Origin: an uncultured delta proteobacterium | GTDB taxonomy: Bacteria; Desulfobacterota; Binatia; UBA9968 | DNA: 64,000 nucleotides | Direction of reading: 5' to 3' | Assembly: GCA_963755715.1 (NCBI GenBank) | Contig: CAVWLW010000054.1 | Location: 142,723 to 206,722, forward strand | Shown: positions 1-9,129 of the stretch, piece by piece | How the letters are laid out: every line of letters starts with the position of its first letter | How positions within the stretch are numbered: position 1 is the first letter of the stretch | Notes under the pieces: model-generated | Databases searched by the model: none | Seen by the model: only the letters and a program-made list of their open reading frames with translations | Told to the model about the DNA's origin: nothing | Program-made: the position numbers and the translations under genes

Positions 1-439
1 TCGCGAGGCGACCTAGTCCTAGACGGAATTTGATCCACTTTGGATCGCGATTGAAGCGACTCGGACTGATAAACTTTTGGCGCGTGATCTTGATACCATC
101 TCCGTCCTCAATCACCTCAACTTGGAATGCAATACGTTGATCGTATTTTCGTCGCGCATTAGGCATGAGCGCGATGTAGCTGATAAACTTTGCCCTGGCC
201 GGGATATAGAGACGATATGCGGCTGAAGAAGGCTGGCTCATGCAGAGAACGTCTCTGGCCCTGCCCCGGACTGCTACCTCGGATATCCACCAGTTTTTTT
301 GCTCAGTGCCAAGCTGCGTCTGAGAGACCGCACTTAAACCACTGAGAGGAATTGAGTGATATGCCTTCTGACGCCATGTTTTCCCAATTTTCGAAAGAGA
401 AAAGATTTTCCGTCGCTTGACTTTCTCCCTGGCCCGCAT
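1..439 (-). CDS. Partial hypothetical protein running off the left edge; possibly the N-terminal domain of a polysaccharide-locus protein (e.g. glycosyltransferase)
   Basis: Manual translation from ATG at 439 is open to the window edge (MRAREKVKRRK...DVLCMSQPSSAAYRLYIPARAKFISYIAL...WIKFRLGLGRLA); co-oriented directly downstream of wzt. Confidence 0.4.
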   Translation of the reverse strand, partial: MRAREKVKRRKIFSLSKIGKTWRQKAYHSIPLSGLSAVSQTQLGTEQKNWWISEVAVRGRARDVLCMSQPSSAAYRLYIPARAKFISYIALMPNARRKYDQRIAFQVEVIEDGDGIKITRQKFISPSRFNRDPKWIKFRLGLGRLA

Positions 440-491
440 AGATTTAAAAAATTTAAGAAAAGCCTTCACAGGACCACAACGCCTGCGTCTA

Positions 492-1238
492 TTAGTGAAG
501 GAGTTTGTGGTACTCGTCGAGAGCGACGCCGGGTTTGCCGACAAACTTCTGCTTGCCATGATCGAGAACGCAGACGCGGTCACATAACTTAGCGACTTGG
601 CCTGCATCATGGGATACAAAGACGATCGTTTTACCTTGTGCCTTGAAGCGGTTCATTGTGTCCTGGCATTTTCTCTGGAATTCTTCGTCTCCAACCGCTA
701 ATACTTCGTCGACGATGAGGATACTAGGATTCAGGTTAATGGCGAGTGCAAAGCCCAGACGAGCATGCATACCGGAGGAGTAATTCTTCATGGTGGTATC
801 CATGAAATCATCTAATTCCGAAAACTCGACGATGGCAGGATAAAGGGCCTCGATTTCCTTACGGCAAAGACCATGGATCGAAGCGCCTAAAAAGATGTTT
901 TCTCTTCCTGTTAGCTCTGGATGAAAGCCCACTCCAAGCTCGATCATGGCGCCAACGCGACTATTTTTCGGCATGCGGACTTCGCCCGACGAGGGCGGAT
1001 AAATCCCCGCGATTATTCTTAGCAGGGTACTCTTGCCGGAGCCATTCCTGCCGATGACGCCAAACGACTCGCCGGCCTGAATAGCTAACGTAATGTCCCG
1101 CAACGCCCAGAATGTTTCGACGTCCTCCCGGTAGCGTTTGTGAAACAATCCGATGAATTTCGACTTCAATGAATTGGATCGGTTATGGCGAATGGTGAAC
1201 GCCTTGGACAGATTGACGATATCGATGCTGTCCGACAT
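492..1238 (-). CDS. wzt: ABC transporter ATP-binding protein, polysaccharide export (Wzt/TagH family), no C-terminal carbohydrate-binding domain
   Basis: Walker A GRNGSGKST, signature YSSGM, ILIVDEVLAVGD, GFHPELTGRENI; adjacent to ABC-2 permease. Confidence 0.93.
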   Translation of the reverse strand: MSDSIDIVNLSKAFTIRHNRSNSLKSKFIGLFHKRYREDVETFWALRDITLAIQAGESFGVIGRNGSGKSTLLRIIAGIYPPSSGEVRMPKNSRVGAMIELGVGFHPELTGRENIFLGASIHGLCRKEIEALYPAIVEFSELDDFMDTTMKNYSSGMHARLGFALAINLNPSILIVDEVLAVGDEEFQRKCQDTMNRFKAQGKTIVFVSHDAGQVAKLCDRVCVLDHGKQKFVGKPGVALDEYHKLLH

Positions 1239-1242
1239 TCGC

Positions 1243-2010
1243 CTAGACCTCCTCGGCAAATCTAGCCTTATAGGAGCGGTGCACTTTGTAACCGATCAGC
1301 AACGAGAATGCAGTGAGCAACATCAGGATCGTGAATCGAGAAAAGTCAGGTACAGCTTGACGATAAAGAATATCTTGGTAACTGAGAATAAAAAAAGACT
1401 GAGGGTTTAGGTAAATAGCCGATTGTAATGACTCCGGAATGTTTTTAACATCGTAGATGATCGGTGTAAGCCAAAAGAGCAACAACAGCGCGATCTCAAT
1501 AAAATGACGCACGTCGCGATAAAAGACGGTTGCCGTCGAAATCACAAAGCTCAAACCAAGTGTAAAGAGCATGTGCAAAATAAGCAGTGGAAAAAACCAC
1601 AGAGTTACCAAAGACATTGGCACCTGGAAAAAGAGTACAGTCATCGGCACGAATACGATTAATGCAAAACCGAACTGGGCCAGGTTAAAAAGGACCGTCG
1701 CAACTGGAAAAACCTCCATAGGTACGGCGACCTTTCTAATCAGGTTGCCATTTTCGAGGATCGATCCTGTGGACATCATCATCGACTGGGCAAAAAAATT
1801 CCAAGGCAAAATACCGATCAGCAAAAAATAAGAAAAATTTACTATCGTCGTCTTGAGAATATGGCTAAAAACAAAGCTATAGACCAGAATAAGCAGCAAG
1901 GGATTCGCGAGAGACCACAGAAACCCCAGTACAGAGTCTCGGTATTTAAGCTTTAAGTCCTTTACAACAAGATTTCTGATCAGTTCTCGATATGCAAGGA
2001 GAGTACGCAT
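1243..2010 (-). CDS. wzm: ABC-2 polysaccharide export permease (Wzm)
   Basis: DLKLKYRDSVLGFLWSLANPL, multiple TM segments, YRDVRH, TPIIY, LNP motifs. Confidence 0.93.
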   Translation of the reverse strand: MRTLLAYRELIRNLVVKDLKLKYRDSVLGFLWSLANPLLLILVYSFVFSHILKTTIVNFSYFLLIGILPWNFFAQSMMMSTGSILENGNLIRKVAVPMEVFPVATVLFNLAQFGFALIVFVPMTVLFFQVPMSLVTLWFFPLLILHMLFTLGLSFVISTATVFYRDVRHFIEIALLLLFWLTPIIYDVKNIPESLQSAIYLNPQSFFILSYQDILYRQAVPDFSRFTILMLLTAFSLLIGYKVHRSYKARFAEEV

Positions 2011-2257
2011 AGAGGAAATGTTTACCAGAGACTTTTATAAAAGTCACAACAGTAACGAAAATGGGGCTTCCGCCCGGCAATAAACTGTAGATGTAAGATT
2101 TAATCGCTTTTATGATCACTCAACAGTTGGACTGTCTGAAGGGAGAGAAAATACCAGCACAGTCGCAGACTAGCCACTAGCCAGATGATTATCTTTTTTC
2201 AGCATGCTTGGCAACCTGTCCTGCAGCTTCGGTGACTCCTTTACGCCAATCGGCACG

Positions 2258-2896
2258 TTAGACCCGGGCTTCATATTCAAAAGAGTTCAGAAATCCCTCA
2301 ATCACTGATGTACGCGGCACACCGGAGTTGAGCGCTCCAACCCACGCAGAAAACCCGCCAGGGTCGGGGTCGCGACGCAGCAGGTCGAAGTACAACAGGG
2401 ACACATCCAGTCGGTTCTGACTCACACTTAGGCTCTGAAACTCCGCCGAGTCCAGAAAGCTTAAAGCCACCTGCGCACGCGTCATCTGTCCGCTATTCAA
2501 CGCGCCCACCCAAGCGTTGAGTCCCCCCGTGTCCGCCGAGCGCAGCAATACGTTCGCGTACATCTTGTCGACAAACTCCGCGTCGGTCAGATTGCTGCCG
2601 AACTTCGCCTTAAATTCACCCGAGTCTAAAAAAAACTGCACGATCTGTTCCCGCGACATCCCGTCCAATAACACCTCCAACCAAGCCCGAAAGCCGGCAT
2701 GGTCGGGATCCCGAGTTAGAATCCCCAGATAGGTTCGCGCAATGAATTTCCCTCTAAAATAGAATTCCTCGGAACCCATAAACCCCTCAATCAGGCTCGA
2801 CCTCGGAAGCCCGTTGTTCAGCGCATTGACCCAGGCCGAGGTTTCTACAGACGCAGGCTCTCGATCCAGAAAATCCAAATACTGCTGACGAACGAA
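2258..2896 (-). repeat. DUF4214-like C-terminal module, copy A (639 bp)
   Basis: Near-identical DNA to 4337-4975 and 6726-7364; FVRQQYLDFLDREP...FLNSFEY with four internal ~50-aa subrepeats. Confidence 0.92.
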
Positions 2897-4151
2897 GATC
2901 GCGTTCTCGGTCGCGGAGTCACTGGACAAAACGAATACCTTGCCCAATCCGAAAGAGAGGATGTACAACAAGCCGTCGGGTCCAACTTTGAGATCCGTGA
3001 TGCCGCCAAAGCCAATCCCTAAAATAATTTCTTGAAGCTCTGCGCTGCTGTCGGCCACCCGATCCGCGAGCCCCATAGTCGTAAAGTCAAGTCCATCACG
3101 CGTCGAATTGACTTTGAAATGATAGAGGTTGCCGTTATTGATGTCGCCGGCTAAGACGTCGTTCTGGTAATCGGCGCCCAAAAGCGGCGATCTCATGAAG
3201 ACGATCGCCGTCAACCCTACCGGATTGAACCATGAAAATTTGGGGTCGGCATAGTGCGAGCCGGGAAATTGAACCAGATCGCCGGTTCCTTCCGCGTCAC
3301 GGCCAACAGGGCCCATAATCCGCTCCCAGCCGCTATTAAATCCGGGCAGGACTAGATTGATCTCATCGTACCTATCCGGACCGTTTTCGGTATCCCAAAG
3401 TTCTGCCGTGAGCGGATCGAAAGCCAGGCCAAAGCTATTGCGGACTCCGTACGCATAGTACTTTGCCAGCTGGCCTCCCTGAGAAAAGAACGGATTATCC
3501 ATCGGAATACTACCGTCGTCGTTGATGCGGAAGAATTACCCCGGTGTCGTCCGGGCCGGCGCCGGCGGGAAAGTTTTGTAGCTGGCCGTCGCGGTTGAGA
3601 TCGCCGATGACAATATAGAGCTTGCCGTCGGGACCGAAGGTCATCGCGCCGCCATTGTGATTCGGTCCCGGTGTAACCGGCAAACTGATAATCAGCGTTG
3701 GGTTGATTAAATTGCTGCCGTTCCAGGTGTAACGAACGACACGGTTGTCTAACGGTGAACCGTTATCACTGGCACTGCTGCTTTGCGTGTAATAAAGGTA
3801 GACAAAAAAGTTTGAAGCAAAGTTGGGGTGAAGTGCGACGCCCAGCAGCCCACGTTCTGAAGCGGTGTCTACAGCAACATCCAGTACTTCCCCGGCTTGC
3901 AATACGCCGTTGATAACACGTCTAACCCGCCCATCTCCCTTTTGCAGAATAAGAAGATCGCCCGGTCCGATAAACACCATGGCTGTAGGCTGACTCAATC
4001 CACCCACAACCTCGTTTACCCGAAGCGATGGATCCGTTAGCGTTTGTGCATTGGAGACAGATATAAGAAGAAAACTAAAGACCCAAAGAATTGCGAGCTC
4101 GCATAATTTGAGCTCAACCCGCCCTCTTGAGTGAAACGACAGGAGTGCCAT
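2258..4151 (-). CDS. Secreted PQQ-dependent glucose/sorbosone dehydrogenase-like beta-propeller with C-terminal DUF4214-like module; split by a +1 frameshift near 3530
   Basis: ERGLLGVALHPNF, NHNGG, FGPDGKLY, YAYGVRNSFGLAFDP, ENGPDRYDEIN; removing one C at ~3530 joins the ORFs as GVILRINDDGSIPMDNPF. Confidence 0.85.
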
Positions 4152-4160
4152 GGGATAGCA

Positions 4161-4191
4161 ATTTATAGAACGTCACGTGCGTAAGAATCAA
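4161..4191 (-). promoter_or_regulatory. Putative sigma70-type promoter, copy 1 (TTGATT-N18-TATAAA)
   Basis: Minus strand TTGATTCTTACGCACGTGACGTTCTATAAAT, conserved with 6461-6491. Confidence 0.55.
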
Positions 4192-4336
4192 CGTCGGTAC
4201 TTCAGCGTCTTGACTGCGACCCCACGACCCTCACCGCGGGGTGGCTTATAACTTATTAAGAGGGAACCACTCCACGTCGCTCCATAGTGGCCAGCAGCGG
4301 AATCCCTTTCATCGTCCCACTCTCGGCGCGGAGCGT

Positions 4337-4975
4337 TTAGAATCGAGCCTGATATTCACTAGACATCAGAAATCCGTCAATCACCGATGCGAACGGCACA
4401 CCGGAGTTGAGCGCTCCAACCCACGCAGAAAACCCGCCAGGGTCGGGGTCGCGACGCAGCAGGTCGAAGTACAACAGGGACACATCCAATCGGTTCTGGC
4501 TCACACTTAGGCTCTGAAACTCCACCGAGTCCAGAAAGCTTAAAGCCACCTGCGCGCGCGTTATCTGTCCGCTATTCAACGCGCCCACCCAAGCGTTGAG
4601 TCCCCCCGTGTCCGCCGAGCGCAGCAATACGTTCGTGTACATCTTGTCGACAAACTGCGAGTTCGTCAAATTGCTGCCGAAGTTCGACTTAAATTCACCC
4701 GAGTCTAAAAAAAACTGCACGATCTGTTCACGGGACAACCCGTCCAGCAATACCTCCAACCAAGCCCGAAAGCCGGCATACTCAGCATCGCGAGTTAGAA
4801 TCCCCAGATAGGTTCGAGCAATGAATTTGCCTTTAAAGTAGAATTCCCCGGAATCCATAAACGCCTCAACCAAGCTCGAGCTCGGAAGCCCGTTGTTCAG
4901 CGCATTGACCCAGGCCGAGGTTTCTGCAGATCCAGGCTCCCGATCCAGAAAATCCAAATACTGCTGACGAACAAA
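4337..4975 (-). repeat. DUF4214-like C-terminal module, copy B (639 bp)
   Basis: Near-identical DNA to copies A and C. Confidence 0.92.
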
Positions 4976-5959
4976 AAGACTGTTATTAGAGAGTGGTAAG
5001 TTCTGCCACCCCAAATCCGCGAACACCTCTAACGCCAACCCTACGTCCTGGGTTGCACCTGTGTAAAATGGCTCCATGAGCTCATTTGGTGCAACGGCCG
5101 TATCAAAATGTGAAACAGAAGAGCCCGGTTGCTGAGGACTCGGCGCATACATTTGCACGTGGCCGCTTGCATCAACTCCAGCTGTCAAGTGACCGCTTGC
5201 CGCCAGTACATTCGAGCCGACCCAGTGGAGATTTCCGCTATTTCGGCTCGCACTGACCCTTTCCGCGTCGGTCATCTGAGGATACAGTTTACCGGTACTA
5301 TGGTTTTCCAAATGGAGCGAAAAAACATCATTCAAACCTGCCAGTTTTGTCCCAGATGCAAGATCGACAAAAGATTGGAAACCGAGTCCGTGCCCAAGTT
5401 CGTGTAAAACGACGCTCACGAAGTCCAAGCTTCCCGCAGGCGGAGCGCCGTCGAGTCCGTAATACCAAACTAACGGGAACGAACAGGTGGTGCCTATTGC
5501 GCTGTTGAAAGTTGCCCGAATATCGCTAGTCGCGGGATCGCTGTCTATGCCGGTCAGACTATTCGCTAGCGCCTGCGGGTACCATGTGTTTGGCAACGGT
5601 GCACCGGTAAAATCCCTGTGAACCGTCCTAGTGCCCGCCGCACCAAGAGTTGCAGATGTCGCTGAACACGTTAACGGATCGAGATTCGCGTCGATTTTAA
5701 TTTCAATAGGACTCGACAAAAGACTTGCCCAAATATTAGCTGCATATTGAAATGCAATGAGCCGTTGAGCGCCTAGTGTGGCTCCGCTATTACCGCCGGA
5801 AGTGGAAGCTGCATTTGGCGGATTTGGGTCGTTGAAACCTTCGTTCGGCCCATCAACATTGACGACCGTGATAACCGCTGAATGCGCAGTTTCCGCCGTT
5901 AGCAAATCTTGGACGTAAAAACTCGAGCTTATGAGCAAGCATACGAGAACTTGCCGCAT
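4337..5959 (-). CDS. Secreted zinc metallopeptidase (HExxHxxGF) with C-terminal DUF4214-like module
   Basis: Signal-like N-terminus, EGFNDP, VVLHELGHGLGF, GSSVSHFD, NELMEP; shared tail. Confidence 0.82.
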   Translation of the reverse strand: MRQVLVCLLISSSFYVQDLLTAETAHSAVITVVNVDGPNEGFNDPNPPNAASTSGGNSGATLGAQRLIAFQYAANIWASLLSSPIEIKIDANLDPLTCSATSATLGAAGTRTVHRDFTGAPLPNTWYPQALANSLTGIDSDPATSDIRATFNSAIGTTCSFPLVWYYGLDGAPPAGSLDFVSVVLHELGHGLGFQSFVDLASGTKLAGLNDVFSLHLENHSTGKLYPQMTDAERVSASRNSGNLHWVGSNVLAASGHLTAGVDASGHVQMYAPSPQQPGSSVSHFDTAVAPNELMEPFYTGATQDVGLALEVFADLGWQNLPLSNNSLFVRQQYLDFLDREPGSAETSAWVNALNNGLPSSSLVEAFMDSGEFYFKGKFIARTYLGILTRDAEYAGFRAWLEVLLDGLSREQIVQFFLDSGEFKSNFGSNLTNSQFVDKMYTNVLLRSADTGGLNAWVGALNSGQITRAQVALSFLDSVEFQSLSVSQNRLDVSLLYFDLLRRDPDPGGFSAWVGALNSGVPFASVIDGFLMSSEYQARF

Positions 5960-5967
5960 TATTTGAG

Positions 5968-6393
5968 CTACTTTTTGCCGCTCGAATCTGCTGTCGGAAG
6001 GTCGTGTCCAATCCGCACTTTACCGTCTGCATCGATGGTGGCCATCAATGGAGTAAGAAAGCGCTCGTCGAGATGGATCATAACTCCGCCGCCGGGAACC
6101 GGACTTACTGTTTCTCGTAAGGGCGGCATCGCCAGAGTGTTGATCTGCGGTTGTTGGGTTTGACCAGTTGGCGCAGCCATGGGAGGAACCGTAATTTGAC
6201 CAGTCTGAGGATCGATATGCACGATCGTGGCTTGTCCGTCTGCTGACGGTTCAGTTGCTTGGATAGTTTCAATCCTCAAATTCCTTGTCTGTGACTCGGC
6301 ATCAACCGGTCTTCCAATCCAACCAATACAGCCACTTAGAGAGGGTGCAAATAGCACCAGTACAAATCCAATTTGGATTGATGTTTGTCGCAT
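5968..6393 (-). CDS. Small exported/lipoprotein resembling post-PEP-CTERM-1 domain proteins
   Basis: Lipobox-like LSGC; IDPQTGQI...PGGGVMIHLDERFLTPLMATIDADGKV pattern; 8 bp upstream of the peptidase. Confidence 0.6.
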   Translation of the reverse strand: MRQTSIQIGFVLVLFAPSLSGCIGWIGRPVDAESQTRNLRIETIQATEPSADGQATIVHIDPQTGQITVPPMAAPTGQTQQPQINTLAMPPLRETVSPVPGGGVMIHLDERFLTPLMATIDADGKVRIGHDLPTADSSGKK

Positions 6394-6460
6394 CGAGGCT
6401 CCAATGCGGAAATTTATGATTCCACGATCAAATTTTTCCGTGGCACATCAAGCACACCCA

Positions 6461-6491
6461 ACTTATAGAACGTCACATTCGCACGAATCAA
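6461..6491 (-). promoter_or_regulatory. Putative sigma70-type promoter, copy 2 (TTGATT-N18-TATAAG)
   Basis: Minus strand TTGATTCGTGCGAATGTGACGTTCTATAAGT, conserved with 4161-4191. Confidence 0.55.
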
Positions 6492-6725
6492 GTCATTCCG
6501 GAAGACATCTGACGATCGAATCGCTTGATTCGTTTGCTGTTGTGGATCGGACTTGGTGAGGAAACGGCAGGAGGAAATCGTAAAAAATTTGCGCGATGTC
6601 GTTGCTCCGTGAGTTGGTTGACTAATACTAGATCGCTGAATTTATCCGTTCACGGCTTTAATTTAGAAAACTCACGTCATGCCGGCGCCGTGGCAGCCAG
6701 ATGCTCCACAGGCGGCAACCGCCTA

Positions 6726-7364
6726 TTACCGTTTGGCTCGATATTCGCCAGACATCAGAAAAGCATCAATTGCCATTGTGAATGGCAGGCCTGAGTTGAG
6801 AGCCTCGACCCAAGCGGAAAACCCGCCAGGGTCGGGGTCGCGTTGCAGCAGATCGAAGTACAATAGGGACACATCCAGTCGGTTCTGGCTCACACTTAGG
6901 CTCTGAAACTCCAGCGAGTCCAGAAAGCTTAAAGCCACCTGCGCGCGCGTCATCTGCCCGCTATTCAAAACTCCCACCCAAGCGTTGAGTCCCCCCATGT
7001 CCGCCGAACGCAGCAATACGTTCGCGTACATCCTGTCGACAAACTGCGAGTTCGTTAAATTGCTGCCGAACTTCGCCTTAAATTCACCCGAGTCTAAAAA
7101 AAACTGCACGATCTGTTCCCGCGACATCCCGTCCAGCAATACCTCCAACCAAGCCCGAAAGCCGGCATAGTCAGCATCCCGAGTTAGAATCCCCAGATAG
7201 GTTCGTGCAATGAATTTCCCTTGAAAGTAGAATTCCTCGGAATCCATAAACGTCTCAATCAGGTTCGCTCTCGTAAGCCCGCCGTTCAGTGCATCGACCC
7301 AGCCCGAAAAGCCTCCAGCATCCGGCTCCCGATCGAGAAAATCCAAATACTGCTGACGAACAAA
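6726..7364 (-). repeat. DUF4214-like C-terminal module, copy C (639 bp)
   Basis: Near-identical DNA to copies A and B. Confidence 0.92.
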
Positions 7365-7919
7365 AAAACTATTTGTTGTGGCTGCACTTAATGCGAAATT
7401 CGCGGTGACACTCTTTTGCGAATTCATCGTCAAAGTGCATGAACCAGTCCCGGAGCACGCGCCGGACCAACCCGCAAAGACGGAACCGGCGGCAGCCGTC
7501 GCCGTTAACGTGACATTGGAGTTGCCGGCGAGCTGAACGTTACAATTCACGGTACAGTTAATTCCCGTGGGAGAACTTGTTATCTGGCCGGCGCCTGCGC
7601 CTGCTTTGACCAAACTAAGTGTCGCTTTCGTGAAACCACAGGTTACGCTCGTATAGGGTGAAGCTCCGGCGGAGCTGAACGCGTTCACACGGTAGCAAAA
7701 GTTTGTCGCCTCCGGTAAATTTGAGTCTACGTAGCTCGTCACATTCTCCCCAACCGCGGCGATTTGGTTAAACGGGCCCGCGGCGGAAGTTGCTCGCTCG
7801 ACGTTGAAGCCGGCTTCATTCGTTGAGTTGTCCTGCCATGTAACAGTCAACGAGCTCACCGCATCGGCGGTAGATCCCCATAGCAAGACAAATAACAGTT
7901 GAAGAAAAATACGATTCAT
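6726..7919 (-). CDS. Secreted fibronectin type III + InlB-B-like repeat protein with C-terminal DUF4214-like module
   Basis: Signal peptide MNRIFLQLLFVLLW; Fn3 TWQDNSTNEAGFNVER...YRVNAF; B-repeat GAGQITSSPTGINC...FAGWSGACSGTGSCTLTM...VTANF. Confidence 0.85.
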   Translation of the reverse strand: MNRIFLQLLFVLLWGSTADAVSSLTVTWQDNSTNEAGFNVERATSAAGPFNQIAAVGENVTSYVDSNLPEATNFCYRVNAFSSAGASPYTSVTCGFTKATLSLVKAGAGAGQITSSPTGINCTVNCNVQLAGNSNVTLTATAAAGSVFAGWSGACSGTGSCTLTMNSQKSVTANFALSAATTNSFFVRQQYLDFLDREPDAGGFSGWVDALNGGLTRANLIETFMDSEEFYFQGKFIARTYLGILTRDADYAGFRAWLEVLLDGMSREQIVQFFLDSGEFKAKFGSNLTNSQFVDRMYANVLLRSADMGGLNAWVGVLNSGQMTRAQVALSFLDSLEFQSLSVSQNRLDVSLLYFDLLQRDPDPGGFSAWVEALNSGLPFTMAIDAFLMSGEYRAKR

Positions 7920-8246
7920 TAAAGTTCCCGCCCTCTGACCCGGCGGTTCATTTCTATCCAAGCTCTAGAGAGTCATTCAAAATACCTCGATGGCAACAAG
8001 AAATTCGAATTCCTATATTTGAATCGAATCGGCGCACACGAATGTTAAAAACAAACTGGGCTATTCGCCCATATAGCGACATAATCTAGAAAGGCATGCC
8101 TCGAAATGAGGCCAGAGAAAAACGCTAATGCAATCCAAAAAATCAGTGGCAGACGCTGCTAAAACCGTGACTCTGCCCGAGAAAAGAAGCCTTTGGCATA
8201 GGATCTCCAACGCTCCCATTGAGACCCTATACCGCATCCAGATTAT

Positions 8247-8333
8247 AACCTCTCTGGAACCGGCTATCAGGCTGTCGGCCTGACCCGTCGCTTTCGTCCA
8301 GCCTCATGACTAGTTTGCTTACCGAGAGAGGTT
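8247..8333 (-). ncRNA. Degenerate GEMM-I / c-di-GMP-I family riboswitch (A20 variant, cGAMP-type), proximal copy
   Basis: Minus strand AACCTCTCTCGGTAAGCAAACTAGTC-ATGA-GGCTGGACGAAAGCGACGGGTCAGGC-CGACA-GCCTGATAGCCGGTTCCAGAGAGGTT; GCAAAC/GACG(C)AAAGC/GATAGCCGG landmarks and a 9-bp closing stem. Confidence 0.6.
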
Positions 8334-8355
8334 GAGTACTAAGTGCCGTCGTTTT

Positions 8356-8373
8356 AAGCATCACATATGCCAA
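8356..8373 (-). promoter_or_regulatory. Putative sigma54 promoter upstream of the proximal riboswitch
   Basis: TTGGCATATGTGATGCTT = GG-N10-GC; predicted start ~8346, just before the riboswitch; the copy at 8928-8945 has GC changed to AC. Confidence 0.6.
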
Positions 8374-8487
8374 AGCAATAGAAGCGATTTTTTGATCCAG
8401 CATGGTATTACATTAGCATGCAGTGACATTATTTCGACTTGTATTTACACAATTGATCCCATCCGGAATAGACATTTTTGTGGAGCA

Positions 8488-8511
8488 ACCTGTCCCAAAT
8501 TCCGGACAGGT
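8488..8511. promoter_or_regulatory. Palindromic putative enhancer-binding-protein site
   Basis: ACCTGTCCCAAATTCCGGACAGGT inverted repeat ~115-140 bp upstream of the sigma54 motif; variant copy near 9057-9081. Confidence 0.5.
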
Positions 8512-8590
8512 GTCGTGCCTAAAGAATGGTTTTTCCTTCGCCCGTCAGAATCGAACAGAGTTTTAAGCTCATCAAAAAAACGAAGAACGG

Positions 8591-9129
8591 TCGAATCGGC
8601 GCACACGAGTGTTAAAGACAAACTGAGCCTATTGGCCCATATCACGCGACATAATCTAGCAAGGCATGCCTCGAAATGAGGCGAGAGAAAAACGCTAATG
8701 CAATCCAAAAAATCAGTGGCAGATCAGAGCTGCTAAAACCGTGACTCTGCCCGAGAAAAGATACCTTTGGCATAGGATCTCCAACGCTCCCGTTGAGACC
8801 CTATACCGCATCCACATTACAACCTCTCTGGAGGTATCAGGTTGTCGGCCTGATCGGTCGCTTTGCGTCCAGCCTCATGGCTAGTTTGCTTTTACCAAGA
8901 GAGGTTGAGTTCTAAGTGCGTCGTTTTAAGTATCACATATGCCAAAGCAATAGAAGCGATTTTTTGATCCAGCATGGTATTAAATTAGCATGCAGTGACT
9001 TATTTCGACTTGTATTTATACAATTGATCCCATCCTGAATAGAATTTTTGTAAGCAACCTGTCCCAAATTCTGGAACAGGTGTCGTGCCTAAAGAATGGT
9101 TTTTCCTTCGCACGTCAGAATCGAAACAG
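8591..9129. repeat. Tandem non-coding direct repeat, copy 2
   Basis: Colinear with 8024-8558 along its whole length. Confidence 0.92.
8821..8906 (-). ncRNA. Degenerate GEMM-I family riboswitch (A20 variant), distal copy
   Basis: Minus strand AACCTCTCTTGGTAAAAGCAAACTAGCC-ATGA-GGCTGGACGCAAAGCGACCGATCAGG...CCTGATACCTCCAGAGAGGTT; 5' half close to consensus, 3' half eroded. Confidence 0.5.

Larger units (their letters stand above)
8024..8558. repeat. Tandem non-coding direct repeat, copy 1 (~535 bp)
   Basis: Starts TCGAATCGGCGCACACG, ends GTCAGAATCGAACAG; repeated with substitutions and indels at 8591-9129 (period ~567). Confidence 0.92.

Noticed and set aside
2258-7364. Diversity-generating retroelement (TR/VR) explanation for the three near-identical tails
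   Set aside because: No reverse transcriptase in the window, all copies are coding gene ends, the repeats are much longer than typical TR/VR, and differences do not look restricted to adenines.
8332-8708. ORFs 8332-8679(+) and 8445-8708(-)
   Set aside because: They span the repeat junction, are not preserved in frame in the second copy, and have no recognisable motifs.
8024-9129. CRISPR array or IS element in the non-coding repeat
   Set aside because: Only two long colinear units; no short repeat-spacer periodicity, no cas or transposase gene, no terminal inverted repeats.
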